Shown here piece after piece: positions 25,140 to 37,100 of a stretch of 64,000 nucleotides of DNA (its first letter is position 1; every line of letters starts with the position of its first letter). Location of the stretch: assembly GCA_003427395.1 (NCBI GenBank), contig BFEA01000043.1:372290-436289 (forward strand), written 5' to 3'. Below the pieces are notes generated by a model. The model was not told the origin of the DNA and ran no database searches. It saw only the letters and a list, made by a program, of their open reading frames with translations. The stretch comes from Chara braunii. Taxonomy: Eukaryota > Plantae > Charophyceae. Position numbers and translations under genes: made by a program.

Positions 25140-28100
25140 ATGGAGGGTGCACCGGCTGGTGTGCCCACGCCTGCAGCACTGGTCTCCCCGGTAGACACGG
25201 ACGAACCAGGACCCAATGATGTCCTTCCTGCAATCACTCAAGATCCCTCTGTTCCTGGCGCTGCCGCCACTGACCCTTCAACTGTTCCAAGTGCTGGTAT
25301 CGACCCAGGTGCCCCTGGTAACCCAGGTGCTGATGCTAGTAGGACATCCTTGTCAGAGCCAGGTGAACCTAAGGTACCCCAGCCATCTGGTGCAGAAGAT
25401 GCGACTGCCTTGGATGCCGCTGAGGGTGATGAAGTCAGTACTCCCCCACCACCAGAAGACCCAGTGGAAACGGCTCTGCGACAGTGTGTCGAGTGGGTGA
25501 AAAGCAGAATCTTCATGATAGCAAAACCTGACCTGTGGAATGAGTCAGAGCATGGCCCCGTTGCAAGGGATTTCTTGACAAGCACGGAGCATGGCACATT
25601 GTTTGTGTATGTGGAATCGTCTACCTCCTCCACATCGACTTCGACGTCGACTTCGACTTTGGCTTCGACTTTGACTTCGACTTTGGCTTCGACTTTGACT
25701 TCGACTTCGACTTCGACTTCGACTTTGACTTTGACTTCGACTTCGACTTTGACTTCGACTTCGACTTCGACTTCGACGTTGCGCTGTCAGAAAGGTCCAC
25801 CTCCCTCCGGGCCCAAAGAGGTGTTATTCTTCATCCGGGACCCTCACAGAGCTGTGACCATCGACAACGTGGATGGTCTTGTGAACTGTGCCACCATTAA
25901 AGGCCACCCCCTCGACAGCATGCAGCGCTTCATGCAGGGTGTTTTTGTGCCAGAGGTTGTGAACAACCAAGCTTGGCCAGATAACGCCAAGAAGGAGTTT
26001 ATGGGTCAGCTGCATCGGTTCATGGCGAGCCTGACGGAGTGTACGTATCATGTGAAAGGGAAAACTGTGCTGTACATCCCTCAGGAGGACCTCGAGAGCA
26101 TGACGGAATCAAGGTTAAAGAAGGACAAGGATCTTGTCCAACGTCTTGAGTCGGCACTGATCCACTGGACCAGACAAATCAAAGAGGTGGTGAATAACCA
26201 AGATAATGCGGAGCTTGGAGAAGAGGCAGGGCCGCTTGCGGAAATTGAGTTTTGGCGCAGTCGAAGCGTGGACCTTAGTGGGATTCGGGAACAGCTCAAC
26301 GATCCCAGCATCGGCCGGATAGTGGGGATTTTGGAGAAGGCCAAATCTTCCTACTTGGCACCATTTTTGAATCTCTCCAACTTGATTCAGAGAGAAGCTA
26401 TGGCTGCTGAGGACAACCTCAAATTCCTGTCCATATTTGAAGAACCTTGTCAAGCGTTGGCCGTGGCAGAGCCCAAGGTTATTCCGAACGTCCTTGTGAA
26501 AATACTGCATTGCATTAGACTGATTTGGAACATAAGCCAGTTCTACAACACTCCAGAAAGGATCACAGGGCTTCTGCGAAAGGTGAGCAACGAGATCATC
26601 AGCCGTTGTCGTGCCAAAATTTCCGTGAAGGAGATCTTTGATGGTGATGTGGAGAGGTGTCGAGAGGCCCTACGGGAGAGTATGAAGGCTGGTGAGGCTT
26701 GGAAACGAGCTTACAAAATGACAGCTGATCAGGTTGCATCTTTTGCCTCTTCGTCGTCTACTGCTGGCCCTGGCCGAGGATCCATCTCCACCACCGCAGC
26801 AACCCTCAAAAACATAACCAACATCGCTGCACCTGGTCATCCAACGAATGTTCTGGAAACCAGCAACCCATCTGCAACCCCAAATGTTGGCACGCAAAAT
26901 GGGAACAAACCGCGGCCAGGAGCAGCAGCAGGAGGGGGAGGAGATCCAGCAGTAGGGGGCCGAGCAGTGGGCCCCGTCGACTCAAGCTACGATGATGCGC
27001 AAAACCGAGCAGGGAGTGGAAGCAAAAGTGGTGCACAAGCGGGTGTGAAATCCGGTCCAGGGAGTGTGCCTTCACTTAGACTATGGGATTTTGATACGAG
27101 CAGTGTGTTTGCTCACATTGATGCCTTTGTCCAACGGTGTCGAGATCTTCTCGAGGTCTGCGACTCCCAAGAGCAATTTGCTCTAAAAAAGGACCTGCCA
27201 TGCTTTGGTGGAACGCGGGGCCCGGAGATCACAAAGAGCCTCTCAGATATCCAAGCTGCATTTCAACGGCTAGCATTCGGGCTTCAGAATTTGAGCTACA
27301 GCATTCTTGACGTCAAGAGCACGATGTGGCATGATGACTACACGCGGTTCAAGAATGGGGTAAAGGATCTAGAGGTGATGATGCAAAACGTGATAACACT
27401 GGCATTCGAGTCGGTGGCGAACGTTGCGAACAGCCTTGAGCTGTTGGATGCCTTCCAATCGATGGCCTACAGGGAGACCATAAAGAGGTGCCTTGAGAAG
27501 GTCACTGCGGACGTGCTAACCACATTTCTGGGTGAGCTGAATGGGGCAAAGAAGCATTTTGATCAGATGCGACGAAAGCCGGTCATCAATTCTACGTTTC
27601 CAAAAGGTGCTGGGGGAGCTTTGTGGGCCCAGGGTTTACGGCTTAGAATCGACAGACCTATGAACTGGTTGAATAGCTGCCTCGGTTTCCTACCTCACGT
27701 GGCGGAGCTCGATGAGTTGCAGCTGCAGCATGTTCAGATAACTTCCGCCATCGAACAGTACATTAGGAATCAGCATGTCGAATGGTTTACCTCCATTGAG
27801 CAGTCTATGCCCAAGCTCTTGGAGAACAGCCTCATGGTGCTCGACCATGACGGGACCTTGGCCGTTAACTTCGATAGGCAACTGCTGTCCCTCTTTCATG
27901 AGGCCCACTACTGGGAGCGGCTTGGTTTCGAGATCCCTGTTTTGGCCGTCGAGATCTGTGCACACAAAGAGAAGTTAAGGGTCATGCAAGAACATGTTCT
28001 GATGGTTGCCCGCGATTACAACAAGATACTGCGTTCTCTTGAACCAGCAGAGAGACAACTGTTCTCTGACAGAATCAGGTACTTGGATAAGAAGATCCAT

Positions 28101-31100
28101 CCAGGGCTTCACAGGCTTAACTGGGTTTCGAGCAAGCACCATTTGGACTATTTTGTGAAGGAGGCGCGGAAGTTCTGCCGGGAAGTTCAAGGGACCGTCT
28201 CCGACTTCAAGATGGCTCATGAGAAGGTCCTTGGCATATGCAAGCGCCTAGGTGGGACTCTGCTTATAATCATGGAAAAGAAGAAGGTTTATGAAACCTG
28301 GGAGTTTGAAGAAAAGCAGGCAGAGCATCGAGAGGTGGTCAGATCAAAGTTTGATCAAGCATACTCAGAGCTCAAGAAGACAATGGAAGGGGCATACGAA
28401 ATTTTCGCTTTTGACGGAGATGATGTGCAAAGGGAATGGGCCAGATACTCGACGAAGATTGACCGAAAAATGGAGGATGCACTGCGTCAGACGGTAAAGA
28501 AATCCTTGCAAGAGTTATCGCGTGCACTGAATGGCGATGCAAGGACAGAAGTTATTCCCATCTTCAACACGGGCGTTATACTCGACAAGGAAACAAACCG
28601 TGTGGAGTTAAAGCCGTCAGTGAGGGAGCTAGTGGGAATGATGAAGACAGTCTGCAGCGAGCTCATCACCGTTGTGAAGGCCATGCCTCGATTGGTGGAG
28701 GCACCCAGACCTCCTCGATCAGCTCCCGCAGATCTGATGCTTCCAGAACTTCTTACAATCACTTACTCCTCATTGCTAGAAGAAGAACCAGAAGGAGGAG
28801 TTCCAAACATGGTAGAGTCAGGGTCCGGCGGGCCACCAAAGGGCCCAACTAACTTACCCACCTACTACGAAATGATATCTGCAGACGAAGACTCCTCTGT
28901 GAAAATGATTACCACTATTACCAGCGGCATATCTGGCCTCTTGGAAAAAGTGCAACAGTTCCTATACTACTGGGAGAAGAAATACAAGCACATTTGGGAC
29001 CAAGACAAGGAAGCGTACATTAGACGGTACGAGAGGGCAAAGAAGACGCTGTCCGCATTCGAGGGTGACATCATGAAGTATAAGGAGCTTCAAGAGGAGA
29101 TCGAGGCCGAGGACACGAGCACCAACATGCGGTTCTTAAGGATCGACTGTGGACCTTTGAAGCAAGCCATCTGGGCACATTGTGAAGCATGGGTGTCCAA
29201 GTTCACGACGCTGCTCAACACCCTTGCCAAAACGGAGCTCGAGTCGATAAAGAGCTACATTAGCAGCAATACACAACATATGCAGTCAGCTGTGCTCAAC
29301 CTCGACATGCTAGCGGATGCCGTAAATCTCTGGAAACGGCTCAAGCAGGAGCAGCCAACGATCGAAGCGCGGTTGGAGCCCCTTGACGAGAAGTACAAAA
29401 CTTTGGAAGCATTCGAGGTGCCTGTTCCCGAGCAGGAACAGGAAATGCTCTCTGGTCTTTCGGCTGAGTGGGCAGCATTCACAGTATTACTGAGCACGAG
29501 AGAGAAGGAGCTCGAAGCAGCAAAAGAGAACTTCCGAGAGAAACTTATAAAACTGGTGGATACATTTGTCAAGGAGGTCGCAGAGCAGCGACAAGATTTC
29601 CTGGCCCGCATGCCACTTACTTCGGAGACGAGCACGGAGGCAGCGCTCGCTTTTGTTGCCGAGGAGCGGACAAAGCTGGATGCAAATCGGAAAAAGGAGC
29701 AGGATCTGAACCAGGGGCTAAACATATTCGACATGGCGCAGCCAGGATATAAAGAATCGATCGCAACGGCCAAGGATTTGGACTTGCTGGAGGCAATGTG
29801 GCAGTTGAAGAAAGATTGGGAGAATGCATACGATGGATGGAAAGGAGGCCTCTTCCGCAACCTGCAAGTAGCGGATATGGAGTCCGTTGCCCAGCAGCTT
29901 TCGAAGCGTGTGACGAAGCTTGGAAGGGATGTGAAAGCCTGGGCTGTCTGGTCAGATATGCGTGATAATCTGGACGCATTCAAGCGGACACTGCCCTTGG
30001 TAATCGATCTTCGTAACCCAGCCATGAGACCCCGTCATTGGGTACAGCTACAGGAGCACATGGGGACCACATTCGATCCGAACAGCGACGAGTTCACACT
30101 GGCCAAAGTGACGGAGCTGAGGTTCGACAAGTATGCAGAGGCTATCGGTGACTTGAGTGCCAATGCAAGTAAGGAGCTGGCCATAGAGCTGAGCATTGAG
30201 ACTCTCGGAGAGACGTGGAAAGAACTAACGCTCGACATGGTCCCCTATAAAGAGACTCACAAGGGAGTTTATAAGCTGCGTAGCACAGATGAAATATTTG
30301 CAGCATTGGAGGACAACACAGTTACCCTTTCAACGATCAAGGCAAGCAGATACTACACAGTCTTTGAGAAAGACATTAATCATTGGGAGCAAAGCCTCTC
30401 GTTGGTGTCAGAAATGATCGAAGTTGTTCTTCAGGTGCAAAGACAGTGGATGTACTTGGAGAACATATTCATTGGCTCCGAGGACATACGGAAGCAATTG
30501 CCTGCGGAGTCTACCATGTTCGATTCCGTGAATGCGAGTTTCATAGCCTCTATGAACACCCTATATGAGAGCAAGAACGTGATCAAGGGAACGCATGTGC
30601 CAGGGTTGCTTGACACATTCCTCGAAATGGAATCGAAACTGGAGAAGATACAGAAATCGCTGGAGAATTACCTTGAGAAGAAACGACAACAGTTCCCTAG
30701 GTTCTACTTCCTGTCGAGCGACGACCTGCTGGAGATTCTAGGCCAGGCGAGAGATCCGTTGAATGTGCAGCCGCATCTGAAGAAATGCTTTGAGGGTATC
30801 AAGAAGCTGGAAATGCACATCCCCGGAGAAGGGCGTAAGCATTATGAATCGACGGGGATTTTCTCTGCGGACGGGGAATACCTGCCTTTCGGCGCATCGG
30901 TGTTGACAGAGGGGAGGCCTGAGGAATGGCTGAACAAGGTGGAGGCAGCAATGTTTTCAACAACCAAGCGGCACCTGCTTAAGACGCTGGAGGAGAGTAA
31001 GGGCATGAAAAAGGAGAAGTGGTTGAAGGACTACCCTGGCCAGTGCGTCATTACCGCAGGGCAAATTATCTGGACAAACGAGTGCGAGCGTGCCTTGTTT

Positions 31101-34100
31101 GTCCCCGAAACTTCCAAAACTGCTTTGAGAAAACTCAAGAAGAGATGGATTAGCTACCTCAACAAACTTACCGCAGTAACAAGGTCTCGTTTGTCCAAGA
31201 TCGATCGACTGAAAACGGTCGCGCTTATCACAATCGAGGTACACGCAAGGGACGTGATTGACAAGCTTGCGAAGTCGGGCTGCAAGAGTGTCAACGACTT
31301 TGAGTGGAGCAGCCAGCTCCGCTTCTACTGGGATCGTGAAGCGGGGGAATGTATCATCAAACAGGTGCTCTCTGTCTTCTGGTATGGATATGAATACCAA
31401 GGCAACAATGGGAGGCTGGTGATTACCCCGCTGACGGATCGTTGCTACATGACCCTTGGTGCGGCCATGTTCACTCGGCGAGGTGGGAACCCGCTGGGAC
31501 CGGCTGGGACTGGCAAGACCGAAACTGTGAAAGACTTTGGGAAGGCCCTTGCCAGATACGTGATTGTCTTCAACTGCTCCGATGGAGTGGACTACCAAAT
31601 GACGGGCAAAATGTTCTCAGGCCTGGCACAGACCGGCGCTTGGGCTTGCTTCGACGAGTTTAATCGGATTGAAGTGGAGGTTTTGTCTGTGGTTGCATCG
31701 CAGATCGCGGCTGTGATGTCTGCCATCAAGAGTGGTGCACAGCGGTTCATCTTTGAAGGCCAAGATATCCGTCTGAACCCCGCATGTGCTATTTTCGTTA
31801 CGATGAATCCGGGGTATGCGGGGAGATCGGAACTTCCGGACAATCTGAAAGCGCTGCTGCGGCCGGTGTCCATGATGGTGCCAGACTTTGTGCTGATTGC
31901 GGAGATAATGTTATTTAGTGAGGGTTTCCAAGGAGCCAAGGTGTTGTCGAAGAAGATGATAGCCATCATGGAGCTGTCACAGCAGCAACTCTCCAAGCAA
32001 GACCATTATGATTACGGTCTGCGATCCTTTGTCATTCCCATAGCAAGAGCTGCCGGGGTGATGAAGAGGGCGGATGCAGACCAACCGGAGGAAGTGATCC
32101 TTTATCGCGCGATGAGGGACTTGATTATGCCCAAGCTAGTTTTTGGCGATATGCCGCTTTTCACTGCCCTGCTGTCGGATCTGTTCCCTGGTGTCGAGAT
32201 ACCGGTGGCTGAGAGTGGATCTCTGCAGAAGGCCATAGAGGAGGAGCTGTCGGGGTCGGGACTTCAGGTGGTCCCACCATTTGTAATGAAGATCATTCAA
32301 ATTTTCGATTGCAAGGTTGCAAGACACGGGAACATGATCGTTGGCAAAACAGGTGCTGGGAAATCTGAGGGATGGAAGACCCTGTCTAAGGCTATGGCTC
32401 GTCTGAAGAAAGAGGGTGTCGAGGACTTCGAGCGTGTCCACGTTTATCCTATCAATCCCCTGTCTCTTTCCGTCGATGAGCTTTATGGCTCTTTTGACGA
32501 GGCTACCCACGAGTGGACGGATGGTGTTCTGGCACGAATCATGCGAACGACGTGCAAGGACGAGAGCCCTGACCAGAAGTGGATCTTGTTCGATGGGCCA
32601 GTCGACACGTTTTGGATTGAATCCATGAACAGCCTCCTTGACGACAACAAAATTTTGACTCTCCTAAGTGGAGAAAGAATCTCCATGCCTTCTCAGGTTT
32701 CCCTTCTCTTCGAGGTTGAAGACTTGTCCCAGGCATCACCAGCCACCGTTAGTCGCGCAGGGATGATTTATATGAACGTCGAAAGCTTGGGTCCATGGCC
32801 TTACTTACGGTCTTGGTTGAGAAACAAGGCTGCGGCTGGAGCCGACCAACTTCTGATCGAGACCATAGGAAAGATGGCGGAGAAGTACATCGATGCTACC
32901 CAGGAATTCAGGCGCCGGGAGTGCCAAGAGCTTGTGAGAGTCGACGACCTAAATGCCGTCATCTCCTTTTGCACGTTATTCGACTCCTTGTGCACTCTGG
33001 AAAATGGAGTGAATCCCGCCGACCCAGATACATATGTGGCAATGATGGAGTTGACCTTCTTATTCAGCTTGATATGGTCTTTGTGTGCCAGTGCTGGAGA
33101 GGAAGGGAGGAAAAAGATGGACATGTTCCTGAGGGAACAAGATACCAGGTACCCACCCACGGAGACCGTCTACGAGTACTTTGTGGATCCCAAGAAGAAA
33201 GCCTGGGCACCTTGGGAGGAGAAGATATCAGGAGGGTACAAGCCTGCACCCGATGTTCCCTTTTTCAAAATTCGGGTGCCAACAATCGACACAGTGAGGG
33301 CGAAGTTCGTGGTAAGGGCCCTTGTGCTGTCCAACAGGCACACCTTGGTGGTTGGTAATGTTGGCGTGGGAAAGACCATAATCGCCCAGAGCGTTCTCTA
33401 TTCCCTGCCGGAAGGAAGGTCCAGAATGATCATCAACTTCAGTGCACAGACAAGTGCACAGTCTTTGCAGGAAACGATCGAGGGAAAACTGGAGAAGCGA
33501 ACCAAGGGAGTTTTCGCTCCGACGGGAGGAAAGCGACTTGTGTGCTTCATTGATGACATGAATATGCCAAGGAAGAGCCAGTTTGGTTTCATGCCGCCGT
33601 TGGAACTTCTGAAATTTTGGGTAGATAACGGGTTCTGGTACGACAGGCAGAAGCAGGAGGTAAAACATGTCAAAGATATGCAGTTGCTGGCAGCCATGGC
33701 CCCTCCTGGGGGAGGGAGGAACCAATTCAGCATGAGAATACAAGCTTGCTTTAGCCTTATCAACGTGGCCAATCCGAGTGAGACGCAGCTGAAGAGGATC
33801 TTTGGGACCATGCTGAATGCCAAGCTGGTGGACTTCGATGATGAGATCAAGCCTCTGGGAGATGCATTAACGCAGGCGTGCATAGATGTGTACAGGACAG
33901 TCTCTGTGGAGCTGCTGCCCACACCAAGCAAGAGCCATTACGTTTTCAATATGAGGGATCTGGGGAAGGTTGTGCAGGGAATATTGCAGGCAACACGGGG
34001 TTTCTACGACAGCAAGGAGTCTATGCTTCAACTGCTGTGCCACGAGTGCTTTCGCATATTTGGCGATCGCATGTGGGACAAGGCAGACAGAGCATGGCTG

Positions 34101-37100
34101 GAGAACTTGCTGGACGAAAGGCTAACCACCGTCTTTGGCATCAGCTGGAAGACATTGTTCGGCGACGACCCCATGCCCGTCTTTGTAAGCTTTATGCGAC
34201 CGGGGATGGACAATCCTCCCTACGAGCCCTTTACGGACATGATCGCCGTCAAGGAGCTCCTTCAAGAGAGGCTAGAAGACTATGGACTAGAACCAGGACT
34301 ACATCCCATGGACCTCGTTCTCTTCCGGGATGCAGTGGAGCATGTGTGTCGCATCCACCGGATTTTGGCACAGCCCCATGGCAATGCACTGCTGGCCGGA
34401 GTTGGCGGCAGTGGGCGGAAGAGCTTGGCGAGGCTCTCAGCTTTTGTCACAGAGCAGAAGGTATTTTCTATTGAGATTGCTAAGACCTACCGCCTTGGCG
34501 AGTTCCATGAAGACCTCAAGAATCTTTATCGGCAAGCAGGTGGTGGCGACGCCCCCAAGCCCACAACGTTCCTGTTCGACGACACACAGATAGTCCTCGA
34601 AACCTTCTTGGAAGACATCAACAACATCCTTACCAGTGGGGAAGTACCCAATCTCTTCAGCAAAGAGGAGGCACAAGCGCTCTGTGATGAGTGCCGCCCT
34701 GCAGCCCAAAAGGCACATGCGGGAGACACCAATGATGCCATATTTGGCTTTTTCATCGAACGGGTTCGCACAAACCTTCACATTGTCTTATGCCTCAGTC
34801 CTGTCGGCGAAACTTTCCGGAACAGGCTGAGAATGTTTCCGGGGCTGGTGAACTGCACCACAATAGACTGGTTCGTAGAGTGGCCTTCGGATGCACTGCT
34901 GGAGGTGGCCACCAAGTTGATGCATTCGGAAGACTTGGGAACCGCAGAGGTGAAGGCGAATATCTGCTGTGTCTTCGTCACTGCTCACCTGTCGGTGTCT
35001 GAAATGTCCACTTCGATGCTCTCTCAACTGAAGCGCCATAACTACGTTACTCCGAGCAACTACTTAGAATTCAATAAAGGGTATAGCCTATTGCTGAAGG
35101 AAAAGAGGAAAGAGCTGGGGGATAATGCTGCCAAGCTCCGGGGAGGGCTGCAGAAGTTGGACGAAACTCGACAGCAGGTAGCAAGTATGCAAATCGTGTG
35201 CCAAGAAAAAAAGGCCGTAGTCGCGAAGGCAAAACGGGACTGCGAAGAGCTCCTCGTGGAGATCGTGCAGGAGAAACGGCTTGTGGACGAGCAAGAAAAG
35301 CAGGTTAATGCTGAGGCCAGCAAGATCGAGAAGGAGACCGAAGAGTGCAACAAAATTGCGACGGAATGCCAGAAGGAGCTTGAGAAGGCACTTCCCGCTC
35401 TTCAGGCAGCCGAGGAAGCACTTAACGTACTGACGAAGAAGGACCTGGCAGAGGTCAAAGCATACCCCAAGCCTCCTGCCCTTGTGGAGTTGACGTTGGC
35501 GGCTGTCATGACTGTACTGAAGAGACCGACGACGTGGGAGGAGTCGAAGCGGCAACTGGGCGACCCAGGCTTTCTAGAGAAACTGCTCAGATATGACAAG
35601 GACCTGCTGGTGGACTCCCTGCTCAAGAAAATCAACAAATATACATCAAACCCGGATTTCACACCTGAAACAGTGGGAAAGGTGTCGTTGGCCGCGAAAG
35701 GACTATGTCTTTGGGTCCGGGCAATGGAAGTGTATGGATATGTAGCGAAGGATGTCAGCCCGAAGCGGGCAAAGCTTAAGAATGCGACTGACACGCTTGC
35801 TAAGAAACAAGCAGCACTTCAGGCAGCAAAAAACCAGCTTTTGGAGGTCGTGGCCAAAGTGCAAGCTCTGAAAGAGAAATACGATGTAAGCACAGCAAAC
35901 AAGGAGGCACTGCAGCAAGAGTTGGACGAGTTGGAGGTGAAATTGCAAAGGGCGGAGAAGTTGGTCTTTGGGCTTGCGGGTGAGAAAGTACGGTGGCAAA
36001 CAAGCATCGAGAGACTTCAGAACCAACTACGAATGCTTCCTGGTGACTGTCTTGTCGCATCTGCATTCCTCTCCTATGCGGGCCCATTCCCAAGCGAGTA
36101 CCGGGACATGCTAGTTCGGCAGACCTGGCTTTCACAGGTCCGCAAGCTGGCGATTCCCTGTTCCGCCGATTTTGATTTTGCATTCTTCCTTGCCAACGCC
36201 AGCGATGTGCGGGACTGGAATATCCAGGGACTCCCGGCGGATGGTTTCTCGACTGAAAACGGGGTCATTGTCACCCGAGGACGAAGATGGCCACTCATGG
36301 TGGACCCGCAGGGCCAAGCCAACAAGTGGGTGAAGAGCATGGAGGCGAGCCGTCGTCTCAAGGTTGTCGATTTGCAGGCGTCCGACCTATTGAGGACGAT
36401 GGAAAATGCGATTATGTTTGGAAATCCGGTCCTTCTCCAGGACATCCTAGAGGAGATAGATCCTGCTTTAGATCCAATACTGGGTAAGACCTTCATGAAA
36501 AGAGGGAACCAGATTCTGATAAAACTTGGCGATAAGGAGATCGACTACAATACAGATTTCCGACTCTATATTACGACAAAGCTAAGCAATCCTCACTTCA
36601 CACCGGAGGTCTCTGCAAAAGCTACCGTTGTCAATTTTTCGGTGAAAGAACAAGGACTGGAGGCGCAGCTGCTGAATCTGGTAGTTCAGAAGGAGAGGCC
36701 CGACTTAGACAAGCAGAAAAATGAGCTTGTCATTAAGGTGGCCACGGGGAAAAGAACTCAAGCACACCTTGAAGATGAGATTTTGCGGATGTTGTCCACT
36801 GCCACGGGGTCTCTTTTAGATAACGTGGAGCTTATAGACACCCTGGACAAGTCAAAGACGACATGGGAGGAGGTAAACGAGTCACTGAAGATCTCGGAAG
36901 ACACGGCAAAAAAGATCGAGATTGCCAGCGCCGCATACAAGCCAAGTGCGGTGCGTTCATCGATTCTGTTTTTCGTTCTGATTGAGCTGTCTGCAATAGA
37001 TCCCATGTACCAGTTTTCACTTGATGCGTACACAGACCTCTTCCTCATATCAATCCAAAAGAGTCCGAAGGCGGACAGTGTGGCAGAGAGGATAAAGAGC

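Noticed and set aside
25549-25571. U6-like agcatggccccgttgcaaggga inside the dynein CDS
   Set aside because: Short match in a coding frame with no flanking U6 similarity; most likely chance.
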